DNA of 54,169 bases, the filler included, from Basidiobolus ranarum (taxonomy: Eukaryota), in assembly GCA_040143965.1 (NCBI GenBank). It is 2 parts of 2 records of this genome, joined end to end, with 100 filler letters (N's around TTAATTAATTAA, not from the genome) between each part and the next. Parts side by side here need not be neighbours in the genome. Positions count along the whole stretch, not along the records: positions 1 to 27,096 come from JASJQH010007001.1; positions 27,197 to 54,169 come from JASJQH010007002.1. One strand, given 5' to 3'. Shown one piece after another: positions 23,961-36,942 of the stretch. The notes under the pieces were generated by a model, which searched no databases, was not told where the DNA came from, and worked only from the letters and a program-made list of their open reading frames with translations. The first letter of the stretch is position 1. The number at the start of each line of letters is the position of its first letter. The translations under genes were made by a program, and so were the position numbers.

Positions 23961-24844
23961 ATGTTATTTAGAAGTGTGTTTGTAGTTAAACCTTGGAATA
24001 TCTCCAGAGTTTCTTTAGGATATTCGAACAATTTTCAAAATGCTTTCAAGCAATTCAATAGATTTGAAAGTACACTTCCACCTAATTGGGCTCAGAATTT
24101 TAGAAAAACCATGATTCCTTACAGTTAGTATTATTTATGAAATAATGTAACTACTTACATAACTAACTTATCCCCCTTCCTTCACGGTAGAAACTTTTGA
24201 GACAAGTTTTAATAGAAGTAGTGGCCCTGGTGGTCAAAACGTTAATAAAGGTAGGAACCTTACTTTCCTTTCTATATCTTCTTTCTTGTATGGTGAGTAA
24301 ACGATATAACCTTGTAAATTAGTTGCAACCAAAGTGGAAATGAGATTTCTTTTGGACGACGCTAACTGGCTACCAGAATATGTACGTCAAAAAATAGTGG
24401 AGCAGGTATGTGAATAGAACTTTATTATTATAACAAACAGTAGAATTAACTCTGCTCACTCAACCCACAACCTAACTTCAAGAATAGAAATCGAATAAAT
24501 AAGAAGGGAGAGTTCGTGGTAACCTCGGATAGAACTAGATCACAAGTGAAAAACTCGGACGATTGTGTCGATAAAATCTATCAAATAATTCTTATGGCTG
24601 GTGAAGTCCCAAAGGAACCAGATCAAGAAACCATCGACCGAGTAAAGAAATTGTAAGCTTTATCCTCTACCCCTTATCCCTTATCCCTTTACCCTAAAAT
24701 CTTACACTAAGTGACACTATTCCATATATTAATCGATGCCTTCTTTCTTTACATAGACAAAAAATCGAGAAAGAGAAGAAAAAAGAAAGCAAACAATTTC
24801 AAGCGAAAAAGAAGAGTAGCAGAAAGTTCAAGGGGGACTTCTAA
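23961..24844 (+). CDS. ICT1: Mitochondrial ICT1/ArfB-like peptidyl-tRNA hydrolase (RF-1 family), 5 exons
   Basis: SFNRSSGPGGQNVNK|VATKVEMRF...NRINKKGEFVVTSDRTRSQVKNSDDC...basic tail. The GGQ motif is intact. Confidence 0.88.
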
Positions 24845-25486
24845 CTTCCCGACATTCTATCCTCCCTAACCCTAATATAACCGTACATATATATTAAAAT
24901 GATCAATAAAAGGCATAGAGATATGATTCAGATCCAGGTGGTTCATTAGCATTTGTTATTCAGTGTAGTTGTGAGCTGCTTTACTACAACAAATCAATAA
25001 TATTTAGACGAGTCGGGTGGGCCAATAAATGAGGCTGGATTAAGCACCCTATACCAATCAAAGCATATTTACAGTCAGAGCTAGTTTTGATTGTAATGCC
25101 ATGTAATGGTGTCAGTGTGTGACTATTTTGATTTTGCTTGTAAGATAAACACAAGTAATCTTGAGAAAAACATTTTTGCTGGGTTTCGCTCTCTTTGTTG
25201 CACTTTTTCCATAACATCTTTGCTTTATCGAAGTTACTTTTGGGTATGTGGATTAAATTCTTGACTACGATGTTTCTATGAGTATTGACCTATTCATCCT
25301 TTGATAGTTTCAGTTATTTGTTGTTGTATAGGCCTAATCGTATCCATATTCTTAAATATTTGTGGATTATTGATTTTTCTTTCTTCCAAGTAGAAAACCC
25401 CCAGATAGAATAACTTGTTTCGAAAAATCTCGGTGTATTTTGCATTTATCTAACTGTATCTACAGTACTTACCATATCTATCAATC

Positions 25487-27096
25487 ATGGCACCCGCTGC
25501 AAAGTCTTCTCCCTTGGCCCAAGCTGATGGCCCACCTGCCAAAAAACCGAGAAAACAACCTAATACTAAAGCGAAGAACCAAAAATCGGACGGTTCTAAA
25601 GTCCTAACGAAACAGGAAGAAGAAGCAATGAGTGATGCATACATCGCTAAACTCATGCAGCAAGAAAACTCTCGCGTAATGAATTATTACGATGAATATA
25701 GCAATCAGGCTTATTTTCATGAACCTGCTGGAGAGGAGGATTCTTTCGATGATGACGACGATTATTACACCCCAAATAGAGAAAACAAGACCAAAAAGCG
25801 AGGTATATCTTAAATCCCTTCCCTTCCCCCACTAAATTCATTCTATCCCAACCATCTAAATAGTGAGTCGTTCACAACCTCATAAATATCTCGAAATTCA
25901 TTATTTCTTCTACATTTTAGCTGCACCACGGTCCCAGAAGAAAAAGGAGAAAACAGAGGATGATACACCCAAATCTGACACATCTAAAGATGAAATCAAT
26001 AGCGAAACAAAGGAGGAAACCACCCCTCCAACTAAACCTAAGAAAAAAGCCGACAAACTTCCAGATGGATTTAACACTGGCCCTTACACCGATGATGAGG
26101 AAGTGCTATTCTTGTCCGGTCTGGAACTCCATGGACGTGAATGGAAAAAGGTTTCTTTCACACAGCAACTCTGATCATTACACATCATACTTATTCAGAT
26201 TATACCAGCTTGTTCAACATATGGGAACTCGAAATGCTGAATCCATTAGAAGTCATGCGCAAAAGCATTTCATCAAATTATATAGAGATGGTCTCGCTCT
26301 TCCTCTGAAGGTATCAGTGTTCGTAATACCTCTGATCCTAACTCACAGTCTAACCGGCCCTACAGGTTCAAGAATCCGGAAATGGATATACTTTATCTGG
26401 AAAAGAACTTGATCCCAATTCTGCAGCAGCTAGACCCTACTTGTCGAGAATCCTCGATAACGCAGCCGTCAAAGCCAACCAGACTAACAACGCAGAAAAA
26501 TCCGAAACCAGCGGTACTCCAGATTCCAACGAAAGTGTTGTCAAATCTCCCGACAGAAAAAAGCCCAAAGTTGAAAAGAAAAGGTTCATAATTTTCGCAT
26601 TCTGAAACCCCGGAAGCACCCAAGTTAACTTATTTAATTAGCGCCACCAAGAAACCTCGCGAGCCTCCTAAAATCCTCGATAACGTCCCCCACGAGGAGA
26701 GAGAGGCCTATACCAATAGTGGACGGACTAACTATTCTAAACACAAACTCCGTAGAACAAGACCATCTCTTAATTTCTCACAAATCACCGGAGACGCGTA
26801 AGTATTTGTTTATTAATAGAAGTTAACTCTCAAGTTTAACTGATGTTGGTCAATAGAGATCCTCTCACTATGCTAAAATGCGAGCATTTCTGTGGCCAGC
26901 CTGGATCTGGAATAAGAGGAGCACAACCCTTCTCCATCAACGTGGAATCCAATGTTCTGATTGGTATGGACTTTCATGCACATTTGATGACTACAGAGAT
27001 TATTGGATTCCTGGCAGGGCAATGGGATCGCGAGAAGAAGCTGCTCTTGGTGAATGCAGTGTTCCCATGTCGCTCGCTTCAAACTGGCCAAAATCA
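25487..27096 (+). CDS. SANT/Myb + MPN domain protein (MYSM1-like), 3' end lost in the gap
   Basis: NTGPYTDDEEVLFLSGLELHGREWKK|LVQHMGTRNAESIRSHAQKHF (SHAQK-class Myb), then DPLTMLKC...MDFHAHLMTTEIIGFLAGQWD...VFPCRS (start of an MPN domain). GT-AG introns. Confidence 0.8.
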
Positions 27097-27196
27097 NNNN
27101 NNNNNNNNNNNNNNNNNNNNNNNNNNNNNNNNNNNNNNNNTTAATTAATTAANNNNNNNNNNNNNNNNNNNNNNNNNNNNNNNNNNNNNNNNNNNN
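27097..27196. other. Assembly gap / artificial contig-join spacer
   Basis: 44 N + TTAATTAATTAA (stop codons in all six frames) + 44 N. Confidence 0.97.
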
Positions 27197-27423
27197 CTAA
27201 TGTGTAGAATATGTTAAGGAAGGCCCTAGAAACATGTGTGCAAAGTTTGGGGCTTCTAGCACAAGTTTGAAAAATCTATATATTTGAGAACTTCTAAGTT
27301 GGTAAAAATATTCCAAGTAAATTCCGATTGAGAATAATTGATAATATCTTAGTTCATTATAAGATAACTAAGTACTAAGCTATATATGACTATATAGGTG
27401 TTTAGGCAATGCTAATTTCAACA
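27197..27423 (-). mobile_element. Dispersed repeat fragment ending in ...TTTCAACA
   Basis: Reverse complement of about 48706-48910. Confidence 0.8.
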
Positions 27424-27846
27424 GTATTCTGCTTCTATCATTGAGAGTGCTATGGTAGGTTGTTTCTTTGAATTCCAAGCAATAGCTCCATTACAGCCAA
27501 GAAATTAGTATCCTATTGTAGATCTCTGAGATATAACATGCAGAGGGTTGGGAAATAGCTCTGATTGAGACATGAATCAAATGGTTCAACTGGCCATTTT
27601 TATACTTTTCATAGCATCAGGAATTGATCAGTGTCAAGTGAATAGATTAGTAATTTTGATAGATAGAGAAATTATTGTAGAAGTAATTTGGGAGTTTGTT
27701 TGAAGAGATTTAGAGAATGAGAAGAAACGTTGGTCTTCACATATTGATTAGAAAGTTGACATTTATAGTTTTGTTAAGACAAAAGCAAACAAGTGCTTTG
27801 ATATCTTAAAAAAGGTCCTTGGTGTTAAAGTATTTTGGGAGTCTGT

Positions 27847-28060
27847 TCTATATTTTAAGGATATATTACATAAGAGCAAGAAAAAGTAGTATTGCATTCC
27901 AATAGAACATGTGTACTGTTAAAGTATCTAGGGAATCTATTGGAGGTGGTTTGGAGAACTAGAGATATTGGTGGTTTTCACTTACTGATTTATTGAGTTG
28001 AAAGTTAATATTTATAGTTTTGTCAAGATGTAAACAACCTAACATGTAGAATGTGTCAAG
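27847..28060 (-). mobile_element. Dispersed repeat, internal fragment
   Basis: Reverse complement of about 48890-49106. More degenerate subrepeats lie at about 27680-27846. Confidence 0.75.
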
Positions 28061-28145
28061 GAAGGTACAATAGGTAATGAAGGAATAGTGAGATTTAGGA
28101 CATTAGTGGAAGAGATTTGAAGAGATAAACATTAAAAGAAACTAT

Positions 28146-28202
28146 TGTTGAAATAAGCATAGCCTAAGCACCTATATAATCATATATAGCTTAGTATTCT
28201 AG
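28146..28202 (+). mobile_element. Dispersed repeat, terminal fragment starting TGTTGAAATAAGCATAGCCTAA
   Basis: Direct match to 48706 onward and inverted match to 27370-27423. Confidence 0.8.
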
Positions 28203-29736
28203 GTAAATTCCTCCTGAGGTGATATCTTAGTTCAATATTGAATAACTAAATACTGAGTATGCTCTATCTACAGGGTCGGTATATGAAACAGGTTTAATAT
28301 ACGTGGCTTCAAATTCATTTTACCGTTTCTAACTTAATTGAATTGGAATAGAGATAGAGCCAACTGTTTCCAGGTTGGCCTAATGATCGAATATGCGGAA
28401 TCTCCAGGTCACCTGATTTTCCATCAATGACATCACCTAATATATTGCTGTTAAGAAACTTCACAAAGTAAATGAGAACCTGTTTCATTACATATCAGCA
28501 AAGTCGTTTAGGAATAAAAGTTTGTAGCAACAGATGGCTCTAATATGTATATATATATATATCGGATTATATACTTAATGTATAATTACTGGTTCAATAC
28601 TGCTGTCATAATTACCGACTTAATTTCCTTCTTAAACAGTTACAGAAAGATGCAAGTTGTAGGTTGTTGTGAATGACCAGCGTTGTCATTAACTTATTTA
28701 TTATCCAACACTACAAAAACATGTTTTTCAAGGATCTTGTTGAGTAAAGTAGCGATAGTAAATGTTTATTTTCTTGTGACTACTTCCGTTTATGAGTCAT
28801 TCCCTAGAAGTTTTGTCACGTAGAAAGTGGTAGTAGAAAAGTGACAGTCTCCTTGGTTCTTTTAGTGCACCTTGCAAAAATACTAAATAGCTATACTAAG
28901 GTTTTACAAGAGTTTCCATTGAAAAATAGACTCTTCATAGCTGCTAAGCATTGTAAAGAGAAAGCTGATTAAACCAAGATAGTCATCATCACCGACTTTA
29001 TCATAACACATATTAACTTGCATATAAGTCAAGAGTTTTTCTCAAACTTTGCGTCATTTGGAACCATCCATTTGGGCATCAAGCTATGGATACACTGAAG
29101 CTGATCAGATGCTCATGGTACAGCAACTTCATTAGTAGAAGCTCATTCCCCATTGTCAATTCGAAATGAATATCATCTAACATAAGCCTTGTTTGATATA
29201 CAATGCAACGCTTGCTTGGATAACTAATCAAGCTGGCCGGAGTAACCAAATACTAAAAATTTCAATGTAACCTTGGGAATAAGAATGGCTCAGCAGAGCC
29301 TGTCGAATCATCGCCTGAAAAATAGATCCAAAATCCAACTTCCAATCTCGGAATTTTCTAGTCCAATGCTCTAACACGAAACAAGGAGACGTGCGAATGC
29401 TTCCTTGATGGGCATGGCACGAGATTGCACACCCACCACCAAGATACCAGCACATCAGTTGCTCACCAATTCTCTGAAGTCCTGAAAATATCGCTCGAAC
29501 CCGTGCGTATATTGGTCATGAACTGTTTATCAAGCCTTTACAAGAGAGATTGATACGAGTAACACCTACGGAAAATGGGTTCTCTAGGGAAGGATTGGCC
29601 AGACTTGGTTACTTTTGGCCAATCCAAACCCTTAATTTATGGATTTCCGCTGCAATTCACAATCGAAATTGGTTTCGATGATGGTATTTGCTTGCTACCT
29701 GGTCCTATGCTTGAAGTCCAGCTACAAGATCATGTG

Positions 29737-29754
29737 ATGAGTCATCTGAGTCAT
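29737..29754. promoter_or_regulatory. Tandem Gcn4/AP-1-type bZIP sites
   Basis: ATGAGTCAT-C-TGAGTCAT about 160 bp upstream of the UBC8 ATG. Confidence 0.5.
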
Positions 29755-29913
29755 TTGCTCGGATTAAGTAGAAATTTATAATCGCTTTGAAGAATAGAGA
29801 TCATCACTGGTGCATAGGGAGTGGTCAATTCATTCGCGACATACTTATTGAAGCTTTCTTCCTTAATTTTCCCTTTTTTACCTTAAGACTCTTCCTCTAC
29901 AATTTTAGCACAT

Positions 29914-30814
29914 ATGTCGTCCCCCAGAAGACGCATTGAAACTGATGTTATGAAACTGTAGGTATTTTTTTGGTTGAACCTTGAATTTCTCGTTGTTTAT
30001 CTAACAGGCTTTCTTTTTGTTTGGTTCTGCCCTAGACTAATGAGTGACTATGAAGTCACCTTAGTTAACGATAACATGCAAGAATTTTATATTAGATTCC
30101 ATGGCCCCGAAGATAGTAAGTGATGTTTACACATAGATCCATACAACGACTTTAACAGAGCTAACGCTATATGTTCATTTAGCACCTTTTTCAGGTGGTG
30201 TATGGAAGGTTCATGTCGAACTACCTGACCAATACCCCTACAAGTCGCCATCCATAGGCTTTATGAATAAGATTTTCCATCCCAACATAGACGAATTGTA
30301 ATTATATGAATATTTTCATAACCACCACCTCGATCCTTCCAAGTCAACCAACCATTTTTCACTTTTATATTAGGAGTGGTTCAGTATGCTTGGATGTTAT
30401 TAATCAAACCTGGAGTCCTATGTTTGGTGAGAAACTTTTTCCAACAGATATGAAAACTATTTTCTATTCTATACTTATCCAACTTCAAATAGACATGATC
30501 AATATATTCGAAGTTTTCCTCCCTCAGCTTTTAAGATATCCAAATCCCACAGATCCTTTGAATGGGGAAGCAGCAGCTCTTTTAATGCGTGAACCTTCTC
30601 ACTATGAAAACAAAGTTAAAGGTAAAGTGAATTGGATTATCGCTCTAGTTGACGTTGACAATCAATTTTAATGGAACCAATTTTTACGATAGATTATGTC
30701 AATCGTTATGCTACCAAAGAAGCCGCAGATGCCCTTGATGATAGCTCTGAAGATGAAGATATGAGCTCTATTGGATCTTTTTCGGATGAAGAAGCCGCAG
30801 ATATGGAATTGTAA
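29914..30814 (+). CDS. UBC8: Ubiquitin-conjugating enzyme E2 (Ubc8/UBE2H), 6 exons
   Basis: [22 protein letters not shown]...[38 protein letters not shown]...DPLNGEAA, with an acidic tail. Confidence 0.95.
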
Positions 30815-32717
30815 TTAAACCGAATACAAAAGCTAATTATACACGCATTCTTCTATATGACACTAGTTAACATGGAAGTTCAGATTGTACCCTGAAAGCA
30901 TCTAATTAAATGGATAGCTTTCTGTTCAAAATTAATAAATTTCCGGTCTTTTTCAAATAATTCCTCTCTTGCTATTTAAAATATGGGTGTGAATTCTCAA
31001 TATATACATATAAAGGACCAAAATTTTCAACCAAATTTAGAGAATATTCACTTTCCATTGAATTAAATTGAATTGATTCCATTCCATTCCATCCAATTCC
31101 ATTAACAACAGATAGAAAATATCCATCGCAGATCAACTCGATACAAATGGAGATAGTTCTTCATAATCTTATAATCTAAACCGATAACAGTAACGTGTAC
31201 GATATTGTTTGAATTACCTGGGTTGTATCAAGCAGGATGTTCATAATCCACCTTCCAGCCGTCAACATGAGAAACCTTTTCTTCCATCTGTGCTTCAGAA
31301 AGTTCCATTTTAGGCTAGAAATACTGTATAGATTTTGGAAACAAGTAAGTAGAACCACGATACGGTTCACTCATCACAACACTATGGATAGTATTGCAAC
31401 AGAGTCTCAAGTATTCACCCCCCCCTGGTAAGTATAAAGCCATACGATACGATGAATGAAGAGACAAGAAATCCGTCCATTTAAAGGAAATTGTTTGAGT
31501 GGACTGGGGGATGTTCCTCGAGCTGTGATGAATTCACTTGAGGCCATGAAGTATATAGAGTAAATATGAATTCCTTAAAGAGTCAACGCCAGAAAATTCA
31601 TTTACATGGATTGATTCCATATCCCTGACTAATGGTAGAGATTATGAGGATATTGATCATACTTGGTCACAAACACAAACACAAATACAATCACCATCAC
31701 TACCAGTTTATCCATGAAGCATGCCCCTCCCCTCCCGTTGGGTTCCCCGCTTGCCTTCACTTGGCTCTATTCGTCCAGGCTATTCCGGAACCACGTGTAT
31801 TCCCATTCCATGTCTACATATAAAACGGCCTAGTTATACCTATTTAGGACAGATCTGAGAGGATTTAATGCATTCAAACTTGTGGGTTGGACTTCCTTTT
31901 TGGACTGAATTTCTTTACTACATTCATAGGAAGAGGGGGATGGGTGAGATGGAACGAGGCGGAGCAGATGAGTGAGAGGTTTGGGGCAGTTATTACTAAC
32001 TGAGTGAGTAGGTTCACACTTGGTTAACATTCTGAAAATTCTCCCACTCGTCAGATTAGGATGCATCGGATCAGATCGGATGAGCCATACTGTTCATAGA
32101 TTAAAATTTTATTGGATGGGTTTTCCTCTTGAAATAAGAATTCATTTGAAAATTCCATGATCCTTTGATGTCGCCATTGAGTCGCTAGTTCACAAACACT
32201 ATGCATTAACTGCATCATTGAAACAAGGGGTGGTATCAAATGGAATGACAAGAAGATACGTCGTGTGATCTTATTTACACATAATCAAATTCAATTATAA
32301 TTTCCTCGCTAATCCCCATGATTAGTACAGGAACGGGTGGAAAAAGTGAACATGAGGTGGTGGATGAGCCGATGAAAAATAGGAAAAAAGTGAGCTGTTG
32401 GAATTGAATACAGCCAAATTAAAACTAAGAACAAGTGAGGGGGGAAGGGAAGGGTGAGGGAAAGGCGACAAGATAAGAGGCGTGCAATGGTTGCCAGATG
32501 AGTAATTGTTGTTTTTATCGAGTTACTGAATCTCACGCGAGACTCATTAGAAAGCGATGAATGAATGTGAGGTGTTTAGGCTCTTAAGACTAGGTCCAAT
32601 AAACTGGGATGTTGTACCTCTCATCAAAGAAGAGCATATGTCGAGAATGTTTACCTAGATCTGTGATGTTGGTTGTTAATACAAGATATAGTATATAGAA
32701 TTTACATATGCCATGGT

Positions 32718-35700
32718 TTACCTAATGCTTAATTCCATTTGATTCAATTCTAAATCATCTACTGAAATCAAGTCATTGGTGAGTCTAGATGACCGAGTTT
32801 TTTCTAGCTGCTCTGAACCGCTGTTGCGCGTGGGGTTTAACCGTATTTTACTTGGATTATCTCCAGGATAGCCTGCTTTCGTGCTAGCAAATTTCTCGAT
32901 TTCCCGGACAATATCCAAGTCTTCATAGAACCATACCTGCTTAACGAAAAGCACTAGATAGCGGGGTAGGAGTGCGAGCACCACTGATACAAGATACGTA
33001 ATCCAGAAACTGGGCGATTGAAATATGAACAGTCCGGTTCCGTAGGAGTCCGCAAGAGTCAACAGAGTATATACCAACGCAAACAGGAACGCAATCAAGA
33101 TACTGCCAAATACCGAAGCAAACATCATCCAATTCCATGAATAAGCATTAATACCAACTTCTAAACTAACGACTGTAATAAGAGTGACGGCTACGCAAGT
33201 GGATAAATCATAAATCCCAGCATCTTGTCCTCCCCAGCTTATAACATTAGTAGTATAAACGAAGTAAAATGCAAAGTAACATATCGCGGATTGATACAAG
33301 CCTTCAATAATGTACACCCAGAATCGAGACATACCATAGCGACTCTGTTTGATACCAAGTTTGTACAAATTGGGGTTTTCTAAGGCGTGTTCATACCCTA
33401 CTGCTCGGTCGCATGTACCAATGATCACCACTGGTATTGTGGTAAAGATAATGTTATAAAGTTGGATCCATGCGTAGTCGTAGAATAAGTTGGCCGAGAA
33501 ACCGCAATAGAATTGATACCATAGAACCGCAACTACCCAGATGACATTTTTGTAGAAAGAGTTGAGAATCATCTCAGCAATTCTGAGGTAAGACCAAAAT
33601 CCATGTACAAGAAGTAGATTTCTTAGATACTTAAATTGAGAGATGGTGTAATCTGACGCCATAGCAGCTTGCAAGCCTTCTTCACCGGAGATAGCTACAC
33701 CAACATCTGCAGCTTGAATCATACTTACATCGTTAGCGCCATCGCCAATAGCTAAGCATACTGCATTTCTTCCTTTACGTATCAAATGGACAACTTGAGC
33801 CTTTTGCAATGGACTAGTACGACAGCAGACGACTGAGCGACAAAGAGGGGCAATCTCAAGTAGTAGTGCTCTAGTATCCATGTCATCCAAAATAAATTTC
33901 AAAGCACTTCCATCAATAACCAAGGCATGTAGCATAGATTCTCTACAAAAAGTGGAGGAACGACGTGGTAGCGGCATTTGATCGTAATAAGATGCACTAG
34001 TTCTAGGGTTAGAGGAATCTGTTTCGGTGGAGGAATCCCCACGAATATTTGCAACCACACTTAAGAACTGCTCTTTAGCAACAGATACATCATCGCCACG
34101 GATAGTCCAAAGTTCCATCTCATTTGTTAACAGATTACAAGCAAATCCAATGTTGATAGCTGTCTCCATCTTATCTCCAGTGAGCACCCAAACTTTCATT
34201 CCAGCTTGTCTTAGCGATAATATACATTCGGGTACATTCTCTTGTAGTTTGTCCTCAATTGCTGTTGCTCCGATTAAAACTAGTTCCTTTTCAATCTCGC
34301 TGCAACACTCCTCCATTTCTTCATCACGATCATCTAAGCTGGTGGAAGCCTGTTGATAGCGCTCCTCCCACTGTGAATATTGCTCCTCGGTGAGGATTCT
34401 ATAGCCCAGGCATAAAGTACGTAAACCTAGTATAGAAAAGGAGATCAACAAACAATTAACAAGCACAACTATGCATATGTAACTTACCTTCATTGGAATA
34501 CTCATCGATATGATCCGAAGTAGCACTTATCATTTCCTCTTGATCGTTAGCCAATCTCTCGAAGATGATGTTATCAGCACCTTTACAGAATAGTACGACA
34601 TCATTCCAAGGTTTAGGTCTTCTGATGATAACAGACATTCTCTTACGTGTACTGTTAAATTCCAAAACTTGTAAGAGTTGAAAGGTTACTTCTTCACCAA
34701 GAACATCGATTGTGATGGAATCCTTATTTCTACTCAGGAAGGTAAAGCCTAAATCCTTTGCTGCAGATACTAGAGCGTTCTCATCAGGGGATTCTGCTCT
34801 GTATTTCAATTCATCTTCTTGATTTGAGGCTTCACCTTCTTCCGGTTTTTCAATGATTACTGTATGACAAACAGCTAATAACATAAAGAACTCACGAATC
34901 TTGTGACTCTGTGATTCACTTAAATCCGATTTGCCATCTTCTTCTTCCCTCATATCTTCGAAGATCTTCGGGTCGGCAAATGTAATAGTGTTTGGATCGA
35001 TATTGGCATATTTGGGGGAATATGTGCGTTTCATTTCCTCCATGAATTTTTCATACAGTTTCTCTGGGTCAAAATTCGTTTCTGATTCCGTAGGATCTAT
35101 CCCTTTCCTTACTTTGGCCCCCTTTGCTGCATCAGTTTCGCCTTTGAGTGATTTCCCATAAGAGCGACCGTTAATAGAGCATCTACTGAACTCCATAATA
35201 TTCCTAGTTAAAGTGCCAGTTTTGTCCGAAAAGATATATTCGATTTGTCCTAAAATTCATCACAAAAATGCCGGTACAAGATCAGTAAGAAAGTTCAGTT
35301 TCAAAGAGATTATTCACCCATATAGTACCTAAATCATCTGAAAGATTCCACGATTTGGGGATACATACGGAGTCCGTTGGCTCGTAATACATTTGAATAT
35401 CTCGGTAGATAAAGTAGGCTTGCCATGTCTTGACAAATTCAATACTGACGTATAGTGAAATCGGAATGATGTTTTGAAAGATAATCAAACTCGCCCTTAG
35501 TTGAAAAGAAGACATTCTCTCTTGGTTAACAATCACAGGATAGAAATGAAATGCAAAGAATAATGATGCCTTACCAGAATGTAACGAACCCAGCTTGAAA
35601 TGGTGTCCCTGCTTCAGCTCCTTCAACAGTATCAGCAAAGGTGGACTGATTGAGGCCACTAGCAACGGCGCAAATTAAGCATAACACAATCAAAATTCCG

Positions 35701-36942
35701 AAATTGATCACAATCTAAATGATTTAAAAGTCGAATAAATTCAGTAAGAATATAACATTGCTGTGATAGTATATCTTAACTAACCTGTTGGTTCATGGTC
35801 TTTTCTATGCAACTTCTCTTCGATGGAGTATTTCCAGAATTTAACATAATTTTGGTATCACCACCAGTGAAGACGACTACGCCGATTACATAACCAGTGT
35901 TCCTTAAGACATGCCCGCGTAGCAATGTGTTGTTTATGTTTATGGGAACTAGCTTGGAGTTTTTAGAGATATCATCATTGGGACTAGATGCGTTCTGGTT
36001 GATGATATGCATTGTTGCTTGGTATGTGTAAAGATGCGATGAAGGTGGATCTGACTCGATGAAGCATTGAAAATCGACGCAATCCTTGGCAGTCTTCATA
36101 TGGGATGTTTCGTCAAGACAAACTCTTGTTTTCAAGTTCGTTTCACCGTCCAATTCTTTAGTTTCTATGTAACATTCTCCATCCTCCTCCGATGTTGCTA
36201 AAATGATGATATCCGCGGGGACTGACTGATTGTTTTTAAGATAAACCAAATCTCCCACACGTATATCTTGCCATAAAGCGCATGCGAACTCAGCATTGGG
36301 TGCATGAGCAGGAGGCAACTTTTGAGACTGGATATCATGGGAGTCATCGTCAACACTCTGATTACTTGTAAATCCAAACAAATTGAACTTGATGCATGGA
36401 AACAGCAAAAAGTCACTGATGGAATGACCCACACGTGTCCAGATGCTTACGTTGTGATCAGGATAGTTGGTATTCACCCAGTGCTGTAAGGTTTGTGCTT
36501 GTGAGCTGTTATATCTCCTATCCGAAACGTGACGTTTATAATCTTCGAAGCCATCTTTTATAGCGGTTATTCCTATCACGGTAGAAATTGGGAGTACAAC
36601 GAAAACTGGACTACCAACATCAAAGTAGGGTAACAACTGTAATACGGCTAGGAATAGAAAATAAACATTGGCAATTCGACGGAATTGTTCGAACAAGTTC
36701 TTCGGTATAAAAGATAAAACTGTATATTTAGAGGTACGGATTCTATTGCTGGCAAATTGAGTCTTGGGGAGACCATGCCGATTTAGTGCACTGGAAGGTA
36801 GATTTATATTGACATATACCCGTCGGTTTCCGAAACGCGGATGCCGTGAAGGGGAACGAAGAAGGGTTTGCTCCAGACGTTTACGCTGTGCTTGTTGTCG
36901 GTGTCTGAGCAGATGCTTTCTTCCAGGTATAAGTCGCACCAT
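32718..36942 (-). CDS. P4-ATPase phospholipid flippase, Dnf1/Dnf2-like, 5 exons
   Basis: NRIRTSKYT, LDGETNLK, PISLYVS, PKSWNLSDDLGQIEYIFSDKTGTLT, KGAD, TGDK, GDGANDV and C-terminal TM helices. Confidence 0.92.

Noticed and set aside
24950-25290. About 90-codon possibly spliced minus-strand frame
   Set aside because: No convincing start and no recognisable motif in an AT-rich intergenic stretch.
29914-30814. U12-type introns in UBC8 and the other spliced genes, checked because of ZMAT5
   Set aside because: All donors inspected are U2-type GT sites; none is RTATCCTT.
31330-31435. Minus-strand ATACTTACCAGG resembling the U1 snRNA 5' end
   Set aside because: It mismatches ATACTTACCTGG and lacks loop I (GATCA), loop II (ATTGCAC) and an Sm site. 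It is better read as a chance donor-like GGTAAGTAT on the + strand.
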